From: Eubacteriales bacterium
GTDB taxonomy: Bacteria > Bacillota > Clostridia > Oscillospirales > CAG-272
Length of the DNA stretch: 64,000 nucleotides
Direction of reading: 5' to 3'
Assembly (NCBI GenBank): GCA_045580165.1
Contig: JAZNNG010000081.1
Span: 9,979 to 73,978, forward strand
The translations under genes were made by a program, and so were the position numbers. This document shows positions 56,724-64,000 of the stretch, one piece after another (position 1 is the first letter of the stretch; each line of letters begins with the position of its first letter). The notes under the pieces were generated by a model. That model saw only the letters and a list, made by a program, of their open reading frames with translations. It made no database searches and had not been told where the DNA came from.

Positions 56724-58139
56724 TTATGCTTTTCTGCCGAATATTACCTTGCCGGGGTTTAAGATGCCGTTCGGGTCGAAGGCTGTTTTAATACCCTGCA
56801 TAAGCGCGAGCATTCCCTCTCCCGCAAAGTCCTCAAGGTATTCCTGCTTAGCGTGGCCGATGCCGTGCTCACCTGAAACCGCGCCCTTGAGCTCCTTTGC
56901 CTTTGCATACATCTTATCCATCGCAAGCTTGAGCTTACTCTGCCACTCTTCCTCGTCAAGCTCGTCCCTAAGAACGTAAATGTGAAGGTTTCCGTCGCCC
57001 GCGTGACCGAAGTACTTGATTCTGATACCGATCTCGGTCTCGAGAGTCGCAACGTACTCTACCATGTCGTTGATAAGGCTTCTCGGTACTACTACGTCTA
57101 CCTCGTCCATTTCGGTGGTAGAATTCTTGATAGCTTCAAGGAACGCGCCTCTTGCCTTCCATACGGCGTCGTTTCTCTCCTCTGTATCAAGTATGAATAC
57201 GTCGGGTGCGCCGAGTATAAGGCAAAGCTCTGCGACGTCACGATAGTCCTTTTCAATCTCTTCCTTTGAGTTGCCGTCAAACTTAAGAAGCAGGTATGCG
57301 TCATACGTTCTGTCGGGGAACTTACATCCAAGATAGCTTTCCGCATCGAGAATTACCTGTCTTTGCATAAACTCAATGGCTGTGGGTATTGCCTTTGACT
57401 TGATTATCTCGGGAACGGCGTCGATTGCCGCTTTAAGCGATTTGAACGGCACGAGAAGGCTTACGTTCTTTTTGGGAAGCGGCAAAAGCTTCATTGTTGC
57501 TTTCGTTACAATTCCGAGCGTACCCTCTGAGCCTACGATAAGATCCTTTATCGAGTATCCCGAGCTGTTTTTAACTATTTTACCGCCGAGGTTCATAATT
57601 TCACCGCTTGGCAAGACCACTTCGAGCGCTCTGACGTAATCTCTCGTTACGCCGTACTTTACCGCACGCATACCGCCTGCGTTCGTGCTGATGTTACCGC
57701 CGATAGTCGCTGTTTTTTCACCGGGGTCGGGGGGATAGAAGAAGCCGTGCTCCTCTGTGAATGCCGCGAGCTCCATAAGAAGCACGCCCGGCTCAACCGT
57801 TACCGTGAGGTTTTCCTCGTCAAGCTCGAGTATCTTGTTCATTCCCGAAAGGTCTATAACAATTCCGTTATGTGTGGGTACTGCCGCGCCCACGAGTCCC
57901 GTTCCTGCGCCGCGAGGAGTTACGCATATACCGTTTTCGTTTGCGTAGCGCATTACCTTCGATACGTCCTCAGCGCTCTTTGCCTTGACTACGATATCGG
58001 GCATCACGCTTACTGCCGAAAGCTCGTCGCGTCCGTAGTCAGAGCCTATGGACTCACCAAAGAGTACTCTCTCCTTGTCACCGATAAGCGAAAGTATATT
58101 GTTGAAGTCGTCAATTTTAGCCTGTCTTATTGCCGCCAT
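56724..58139 (-). CDS. lctD: FAD-binding GlcD-type oxidoreductase, lactate dehydrogenase component of an Etf-dependent complex
   Basis: FAD-binding PCMH domain ([16 protein letters not shown]) and C-terminal [14 protein letters not shown] overlap with the upstream etfA-type gene. Confidence 0.75.
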   Translation of the reverse strand: MAAIRQAKIDDFNNILSLIGDKERVLFGESIGSDYGRDELSAVSVMPDIVVKAKSAEDVSKVMRYANENGICVTPRGAGTGLVGAAVPTHNGIVIDLSGMNKILELDEENLTVTVEPGVLLMELAAFTEEHGFFYPPDPGEKTATIGGNISTNAGGMRAVKYGVTRDYVRALEVVLPSGEIMNLGGKIVKNSSGYSIKDLIVGSEGTLGIVTKATMKLLPLPKKNVSLLVPFKSLKAAIDAVPEIIKSKAIPTAIEFMQRQVILDAESYLGCKFPDRTYDAYLLLKFDGNSKEEIEKDYRDVAELCLILGAPDVFILDTEERNDAVWKARGAFLEAIKNSTTEMDEVDVVVPRSLINDMVEYVATLETEIGIRIKYFGHAGDGNLHIYVLRDELDEEEWQSKLKLAMDKMYAKAKELKGAVSGEHGIGHAKQEYLEDFAGEGMLALMQGIKTAFDPNGILNPGKVIFGRKA

Positions 58140-59329
58140 TACATTGTACCTCCGTTTTCGATCTTTTCTATAAGTGAGGGGATTATTTCATTCACGTCAC
58201 CAACAAGTCCGTAGTGAGCCACGTTGAATATTGATGCGTTCTTATCCGTGTTAATTGCTACGATAGTGTCAGCTCCCTTCATACCCGCGGTGAACTGTAC
58301 CGCGCCCGAAACTCCGCAAGTGATTATGAGCTTGGGGCGAACGGTTCTTCCGCTGAGTCCTATCTGTCTGTTTGCAGGCAATATACCACTTTCAACAAGC
58401 GGTCTTGTGCAGGCATAAGTGCCGCCGAGGGCATCCGCGAGCTTTTTCACAAGCTCAATGCCGGCAGGGCTTGATGCGCCGCGTCCTGCAACAACTATGA
58501 TCTCTGCCGACTCTATGCTCTCTACCTTCGGCTTCTTTTCAACCGAGATTATCTTGGTTCCCGAGGCGAGCTTATCAGCGCTTATATCGCAAACAGTAAG
58601 CTTGCCGAAGGAATTGTCAAGGCGCTTTGCCGAATCCATCACCTTATATCTTACAGTTGCAAGCTGAGGACGGTTGTTGGGCGTGCATATCTGCGCCATA
58701 ATGTTACCGCCGAAAGCGGGGCGGATCTGGACGAGATCTGTGTTCTCCTCCATATCAAGTATGGTACAGTCTGCCGTAAGTCCCGTACGGAAGCGCGCCG
58801 CAACGCGGGGCGCAAGCTGACGTCCGACCGTGGTAGCGCCGACAAGTATTGCCGTCGGCTTAATATTATTTATAAAGTCCTCGAATACCGAGGTATAAGG
58901 CTCTATTCTGAAGCTTTCAAGCTCTTCTCTGTCATAGACGAATATCTCGTCCGCGGGATAGTACAAAAGCTCGTTCGCTCTGTCCTTTATTCCGCTTCCT
59001 ATCATAAGGCAATATACCTTATGGCCTATTTTATCTGCAAGCTCTCTTGCCTTTCCGATAAGCTCGTAGGTGACCGGGTGTATCTCACCCTCAACGTGCT
59101 CAACGTATACGCACACGCCGTTCCAGAGTGATTTGTCGACCGACTTTACCTCCTCCTCGACGTATTCGATCTCGCCGTTAGCGCATTTCTTGACGCAAAG
59201 CTTACACATTTTACAAGCCGCGTTTATCGAAATCTTATTATCGGATACCTCTATCGCGCCGAAGGGACACACCTTTATAAACGCCTCGGCATCCTTTACC
59301 TTTTCGTTATGTACGACAAGTCTTCCCAT
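58139..59329 (-). CDS. lctC: electron transfer flavoprotein alpha subunit with an N-terminal ferredoxin-like [4Fe-4S] domain
   Basis: Start at ATG 59329. CPFGAI...[11 protein letters not shown] cluster motif followed by the EtfA core (IIVAGRGA...[22 protein letters not shown]). Confidence 0.8.
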   Translation of the reverse strand: MGRLVVHNEKVKDAEAFIKVCPFGAIEVSDNKISINAACKMCKLCVKKCANGEIEYVEEEVKSVDKSLWNGVCVYVEHVEGEIHPVTYELIGKARELADKIGHKVYCLMIGSGIKDRANELLYYPADEIFVYDREELESFRIEPYTSVFEDFINNIKPTAILVGATTVGRQLAPRVAARFRTGLTADCTILDMEENTDLVQIRPAFGGNIMAQICTPNNRPQLATVRYKVMDSAKRLDNSFGKLTVCDISADKLASGTKIISVEKKPKVESIESAEIIVVAGRGASSPAGIELVKKLADALGGTYACTRPLVESGILPANRQIGLSGRTVRPKLIITCGVSGAVQFTAGMKGADTIVAINTDKNASIFNVAHYGLVGDVNEIIPSLIEKIENGGTM

Positions 59330-59330
59330 A

Positions 59331-60131
59331 TTACTTCGCACCTCCCACAAACTTAAGCTCAACGAGCTTACCGTAAAGTGTTTCGGAAAGCTCTGCGGAA
59401 GTGCCCTCCCACATTACTCTCTCGCTGTTATCCTCGGGCGGGAATATTCTTCTTACCTGTGTGGGTGAGCCCGAGAGTCCGTAGGTCTTTTCATTCTTAT
59501 CGTCAAAGGAATCGAGAGTGATAAAGGTGATATCTCTGTCTAAGGTCTCTTTTTTCTTAACGTAGGAAGGAAGACGGGGCTCGAAAATATCCTTTTCAAC
59601 GCAGATGAGGCAGGGGAAGCTTATCTCTGCTATCTCAAAGCTTGTACCCATATCCATTCTTACCGTGAGTGACTTGTCGCCAATCTTCTGTATTTCGGAA
59701 ACTCCGGCAATACAGGGAATGGACATATACTCACTTATCTCGGGACCTACCTGCGCGGTGTCACCGTCGGTGGTCTGCTTGCCGCAGATGATGATATCGA
59801 AGTTATCGGCACTTGCTATTCCCTGCGAAAGAGTTTTCGCGGTTGCAAGCACGTCGGCGCCCGCAAATCTGCGGTCTGTAAGCAAAAAGCCTTTGTCCGC
59901 ACCCATGGAATATGCCTCTCTGATTATGTCGGTCGCCTTGGGCGGACCCATTGTTATAACGGTTACCTCTGCGCCGCACTCCTCCTTAAGTCTGAATGCA
60001 GTTTCAAGAGCGTAAAGGTCATACGGGTTCATTTTTGAGTCTGCGCTGTCGCGCTTTATCGTGCCGTTTACGGGATCGACCTCGACCTTGTTTGTGTCGG
60101 GGACCTGCTTTATACATACGCAAATTTTCAC
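59331..60131 (-). CDS. lctB: electron transfer flavoprotein beta subunit
   Basis: GTG start after AGGAGAGGG. MKICVCIKQVPDT and the overall EtfB layout. Confidence 0.82.
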   Translation of the reverse strand: MKICVCIKQVPDTNKVEVDPVNGTIKRDSADSKMNPYDLYALETAFRLKEECGAEVTVITMGPPKATDIIREAYSMGADKGFLLTDRRFAGADVLATAKTLSQGIASADNFDIIICGKQTTDGDTAQVGPEISEYMSIPCIAGVSEIQKIGDKSLTVRMDMGTSFEIAEISFPCLICVEKDIFEPRLPSYVKKKETLDRDITFITLDSFDDKNEKTYGLSGSPTQVRRIFPPEDNSERVMWEGTSAELSETLYGKLVELKFVGGAK

Positions 60132-60173
60132 TGTTATTCCCTCTCCTTTAAATTTCTAAGGATTATATTAGAT

Positions 60174-60202
60174 ATTATATCACAAGCTTTGGTGATTTTC
60201 AA
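60174..60202 (-). promoter_or_regulatory. sigma-A promoter for the etfB-etfA-lctD operon
   Basis: On the minus strand: TTGAAA, 17-nt spacer, TGATATAAT (extended -10). Confidence 0.55.
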
Positions 60203-60257
60203 CTATTGTTAAATAAATAACGCACTTTGTTTTGTGATATATTACAACAAGCTAAAT

Positions 60258-60289
60258 AAAAGCTTCAACCCGTGAAGTTGAAGCTTTTT
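60258..60289 (-). terminator. rho-independent terminator after the BNR-Eda fusion gene
   Basis: gcttcaac / gttgaagc stem flanked by A/T runs. Confidence 0.7.
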
Positions 60290-60295
60290 ATTTGA

Positions 60296-62053
60296 TCAGC
60301 CTTTAACGATATCCGTATATTCCCGCGCGAGAACGGTGATATCGTTAAAACGACCTTCGTTTATTGCTTTTTTATCAATAATATTTGAGCCTATTCCAAA
60401 GCCGCAGGCCCCCGCTTTAAGATACTGTTCCATATTATCCGGAGATATTCCTCCCACGGCTAATATCTTGACGTGAGAAAGCGGTGCTTTGACAGCCTTT
60501 ATATACTCTGCGCCGAGATTTGTCGCCGGGAAAAGCTTTACAAAGTCTGCGCCCGCGGTACTTGCATATTGAATCTCGGTAGGCGTTACCGTTCCGGGTA
60601 TGCTTACAAGTCCGCAGTTATTGCTCTCTCGAATTACGTCAAGGTCCGTATTCGGAGATATGATAAAGCTTCCTCCTGCAGCCTTCGTGAGTCTTACTTG
60701 CTCGGGGGTTATTACCGTTCCCGAGCCAACGTAAAGCCTGTCTCCGAAATGCTCTGCGAGCATACGGACACTATCCGCCGTTTCCTCATCGGACACGCTT
60801 TTGTCTGCAGAATACGTCACCTCAAGCATTCTTATCCCGCCGTCATAAAGCGCCTCTGCAAGAGGGATAAGCTTGTCTTTTGCGACTCCTCTTATAATTG
60901 CTATTATTTTGTTTTCTTCTATCGCCTTGATTACAACGGTTTTGCAAGGCGTTTGAGGCGGTTTGCTTACAATTCTGACTTCAATACTGTTGTTATCTAT
61001 GATATCCTGCTCCGTAAACGAGGTAAAAAGGATCTCTCTGTGGCTCGTTCTGCCTCTGTCATAAGTCATATATATATTGCCGTTTCGGTACGCCGCGTCC
61101 GGATATGAGACACCGTCACGTGAATCAATAATCCTCTTATATTTCCAGGTCTTTCCGCCGTCCTCCGAAAGACTTACACTCAAATTGCGTCTGACACTAC
61201 TGTCATCATTTGTAATTAGCAAAACTCTGCCCGACTCAAGCTTTTCAACGTAAAATCGCGAATCTGCAGAAACTATACCCGAAAGCTCCGGCTCACTCCA
61301 GCTTCGTCCGTTATCAAGGGAAACAGACTCGGCAAGCTCACCGCACTTTGTCCTTGCAAGCATTCTTATACTTCCGTCGTCGAGCTGATATGCCATAGCT
61401 TCATCAAAAAGAGTATCAAGCTTTTTACCACCGTAATAATGAGTATAGCTTTTGCCTTTATCCGATGATATATAATATCCGTAATTGTTTGTCAGTTGAT
61501 CATAAGCAAAGTTAAGCCAATCGCCGTTTTTCAAAAACGTGGGCTTGCATCTCAAAAATCCGTGATAGACAAACCTCGGCTCGCTGAAAACGGGTGTCTC
61601 TGCATCGGGATCTTCACATATCATTTCCCATTCGCTGTGTCTGAAATCACCAAACGTATACCCTCCGGAGTTTACAAGCGGTTGGCTCGGCATTGCCGTC
61701 AGCTTCTCACCTTTGTCAACAGTAACGTTGTTCTGTACCCACTGAACGTGAAGTGCACCGTCATGATCCGTAAAAAGCTGTATATCAAGTGAATGTACAA
61801 GGTTCTCAATACTGCTCGGTATTACGAAAACAGGGGCTGACCAAGAAATACCGTCATCATCACTGTATATCAGGAGATTATAGTTATTCATGTCCGGCTC
61901 CTTGAGCCCTCCTGCATACCACCCTAAATAAACGCGTCCGCCTTTTGTTACCGCGATTGTAGGACACCCCTGAAACATTCGTATCTTTTCGCTGTATTTA
62001 AGGCTTGACGTATCACAAATAACGTCACACGCGCATTTTCTTGCGTTATCCAT
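60296..62053 (-). CDS. fusion protein: N-terminal BNR/sialidase-like beta-propeller domain (~370 aa) plus C-terminal KDPG/KHG aldolase (Eda, ~210 aa)
   Basis: GGAGG RBS. Asp-box-like motifs YSDDDGISWS, SLDNGRSWSEP and SLSEDGGKTW. C-terminus IIAIIRG...GIRMLEVT...GSGTV...FIISP...IPGTVTPTE...VKLFPA...AVGGI is collinear with E. coli Eda, including the Schiff-base Lys context (KxFPA). No signal peptide. Confidence 0.75.
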   Translation of the reverse strand: MDNARKCACDVICDTSSLKYSEKIRMFQGCPTIAVTKGGRVYLGWYAGGLKEPDMNNYNLLIYSDDDGISWSAPVFVIPSSIENLVHSLDIQLFTDHDGALHVQWVQNNVTVDKGEKLTAMPSQPLVNSGGYTFGDFRHSEWEMICEDPDAETPVFSEPRFVYHGFLRCKPTFLKNGDWLNFAYDQLTNNYGYYISSDKGKSYTHYYGGKKLDTLFDEAMAYQLDDGSIRMLARTKCGELAESVSLDNGRSWSEPELSGIVSADSRFYVEKLESGRVLLITNDDSSVRRNLSVSLSEDGGKTWKYKRIIDSRDGVSYPDAAYRNGNIYMTYDRGRTSHREILFTSFTEQDIIDNNSIEVRIVSKPPQTPCKTVVIKAIEENKIIAIIRGVAKDKLIPLAEALYDGGIRMLEVTYSADKSVSDEETADSVRMLAEHFGDRLYVGSGTVITPEQVRLTKAAGGSFIISPNTDLDVIRESNNCGLVSIPGTVTPTEIQYASTAGADFVKLFPATNLGAEYIKAVKAPLSHVKILAVGGISPDNMEQYLKAGACGFGIGSNIIDKKAINEGRFNDITVLAREYTDIVKG

Positions 62054-62203
62054 TGTATCCTCCGTTTGACTGTGTTATCGCAATAGCATTATTTTCACAA
62101 TTTACCTAATTATTATACCTTAACGTTTTATCAATATGAATTGCAAATTAAGTCAATAATATTGATTTTTTTGCAAATATCTGCTATTATTATATTGGAG
62201 GGG

Positions 62204-63001
62204 ATGTTAGTGGAGAGTTGTTATGCTAAATATATAAAAGATGCATATCTCACCGTAAAGTATGCGCGCGGTCCGAGTCAGATGCGCGGTAAAGAGTTCC
62301 ACACCTATCACGAGATACTGTTTTTTCTGGACGGCAAGGCGGAGTTTATTTCAGAAAGAATAAAAGCTCGTCTGAAGCCGGGAAGTGTCGTTGTTATACC
62401 AAAGGAGAGCTACCACAGCTTCAGCATACTCTCCGGCGAAGAAAGCTATCACCGTCTTGTTTTTAACTTTTCGGACATACCCGAGTTATCTGAGCTAATA
62501 CAGTCAAAAATGCGTAATACCTTCGTCAAAAGCACAGACGATAATTTAAATTATCTTATTCAAAAAACAATAAAAACAGCGGAAAGCAAAGAATCCGATG
62601 AAATCAAAACAAATATCATACGTTCAGTGCTTACTCTCGTTCTTTCCGAAATATCCGAAAGCAGTATCGGCAACGGTATAACTACACGTTCAATTTCTCA
62701 AAAAGTTATAGAGTACATAAACCAAGATCTGTGCGCCAAGCATACGGTGACAAGCATAGCGCGAAAAATGAATATATCCCCATCCGGTCTTACCCACACC
62801 TTCAAAAAGGAAATGAACATTTCCCTGCACCGTTACATTGTAGAAAAGAGACTTGTGCTTGCACACAGAAGAATAGCAGACGGTGAGCCTGCAACAAAAG
62901 CGGCAATAGAGTGCGGCTTCAACGATTATTCGGGTTTTTACAAGCAATATAAAAAGATGTTTGGTACATCTCCTTCATCAATCGGCGGATTTGACGTATA
63001 A
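62204..63001 (+). CDS. AraC-family transcriptional regulator (cupin N-terminus)
   Basis: Start at ATG 62204 or GTG 62210, just after GGAGGGG. C-terminal HTH YSGFYKQYKKMFGTSPS. Divergent from the BNR-Eda gene. Confidence 0.78.
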   Translation: MLVESCYAKYIKDAYLTVKYARGPSQMRGKEFHTYHEILFFLDGKAEFISERIKARLKPGSVVVIPKESYHSFSILSGEESYHRLVFNFSDIPELSELIQSKMRNTFVKSTDDNLNYLIQKTIKTAESKESDEIKTNIIRSVLTLVLSEISESSIGNGITTRSISQKVIEYINQDLCAKHTVTSIARKMNISPSGLTHTFKKEMNISLHRYIVEKRLVLAHRRIADGEPATKAAIECGFNDYSGFYKQYKKMFGTSPSSIGGFDV

Positions 63002-63006
63002 AGCAC

Positions 63007-63041
63007 AAAAGGAGCAGCTCACGTGCAAGCTGTTCCTTTTT
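63007..63041. terminator. bidirectional hairpin terminator
   Basis: ggagcagct / agctgttcc stem (one G-U pair), then TTTTT. Confidence 0.6.
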
Positions 63042-63061
63042 ATTCTGATATGCTCCTCTAC

Positions 63062-64000
63062 TCAAAGCAAAAGCATTTCCTCTTGCATAGCATAGTAATC
63101 AAGTATGCCGTTAACTATTGCCTGTGCCGCGCGCTTGATACCGTCGGGAGAAGTTATATGCTCAAGCTCCTCGACGTTCGTCATAAACCCAACTTCAATG
63201 AGGGTTGACGGGTATCTTTCGCATCTCACCATCGCAAGCTTCTGAGTCGATGCACCGCGGTTTTGTCTTCCGAGATGGGTCGAAAACGACCTTGCCATAA
63301 CGTCGGAAAGCGAGCGTCCCGCATACTCCCAATAGAGTGCGAGCGTGCCGTGCACCTTGGTTACGTCCACGTTATACTCCATCGAGTTCTGATGCACTGA
63401 AACACAAAGGTCGGGGGAAAGCGTCTCTACTTCGGCAATTCTGTCGGTAAGCGCAACGTAGGTATCGTCGCCGCGTGTCAGAATTACGTTTGCTCCGAGC
63501 TCCTCGAGTCTTTGCTTGGCTTCAAGCACTATTCTCAGATTGAGCGCCGCCTCGCTATGCTCGGCTGACGCGCCCAACGCCCCTCCGTCGTAGCCGCCGT
63601 GACCAGCATCAAGAACGATAACACGGTCATTAAGCGGCTTATCACCATCGGCAAGCTTCGTAGGGTTTCTAAGACTCACTATCGCGTATCCGTCCGAATA
63701 CGAAAAATCAAAGCCGTAGAAGTTATCCTCGTGCTTGAGCTTCAGGTGATATCTGAAGCAGTTTTTCTTCGTACTGTTCTGATATTCAACAGACTCAAAA
63801 AGCGGATTATCCGAAAGAGTCGGAGTGGTTGCGGTTGCCGTATCGACGTTATAGAGGTTGAGTATAAAGCTTCCGTCCTCTACCCTTCCGTTCATAGGAA
63901 TGTTCACTTCGGTTTTTATGTATATGCGAGTGTAGTCTCCTTCGTTTTTAATTTCGGCGCCCGAAACCGTTGCTATCGGAACCTCGGCTTCAAGCTCGGT
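63062..64000 (-). CDS. N-acetylmuramoyl-L-alanine amidase (Amidase_3); the 5' end runs off the right edge
   Basis: VIVLDAGHGGYDGGA...SVHQNS...LIEVGFMTN amidase_3 motifs. The frame stays open from 63907 to 64000 (TELEAEVPIATVSGAEIKNEGDYTRIYIKTE), so the track's GTG start is probably internal. Confidence 0.8.
   Translation of the reverse strand, partial: TELEAEVPIATVSGAEIKNEGDYTRIYIKTEVNIPMNGRVEDGSFILNLYNVDTATATTPTLSDNPLFESVEYQNSTKKNCFRYHLKLKHEDNFYGFDFSYSDGYAIVSLRNPTKLADGDKPLNDRVIVLDAGHGGYDGGALGASAEHSEAALNLRIVLEAKQRLEELGANVILTRGDDTYVALTDRIAEVETLSPDLCVSVHQNSMEYNVDVTKVHGTLALYWEYAGRSLSDVMARSFSTHLGRQNRGASTQKLAMVRCERYPSTLIEVGFMTNVEELEHITSPDGIKRAAQAIVNGILDYYAMQEEMLLL

Overview
This 64-kb window looks like chromosomal DNA from a Gram-positive, spore-forming Clostridia-type anaerobe. 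The evidence is SpoIVB, a SleB-like hydrolase, SLH-anchored surface proteins, and a folT THF riboswitch collinear with the Eubacterium siraeum one as I recall it. It is almost fully coding.

Housekeeping genes: guaB, tcdA, secDF, potABCD, folT-folC, trmL, mrnC, a PrsA-like PPIase, and an lctBCD-type Etf/lactate dehydrogenase.

Carbohydrate-use loci: rhaBAD with an AraC regulator, a GH2-ROK-SIS operon, five AraC-type regulators in total, and several cytoplasmic beta-helix, FAD-dependent and unknown enzymes.

I found no rRNA, tRNA, CRISPR array, transposase or integrase.

Observations most worth follow-up:
1. Three SLH cell-surface enzymes share five copies of a ~180-aa module I cannot assign to a family. 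Two ~1250-aa paralogs bracket the rhamnose locus.
2. An orphan second copy of the spoIVB 3' end lies 2.3 kb downstream of the intact gene. It delimits an insert carrying two paralogous XRE-HTH/helical regulators with shared promoter and operator motifs.
3. One ORF fuses a cytoplasmic BNR/sialidase-like domain to a KDPG-aldolase (Eda) domain.
4. A ~300-nt structured leader with an SD-sequestering helix precedes potABCD.
5. A ~1.3-kb segment flanked by ~47-bp inverted repeats carries an XRE-methyltransferase fusion and a 120-nt multi-hairpin palindrome.

All calls come from reading the sequence and recalling protein families. No database search or folding program was run.
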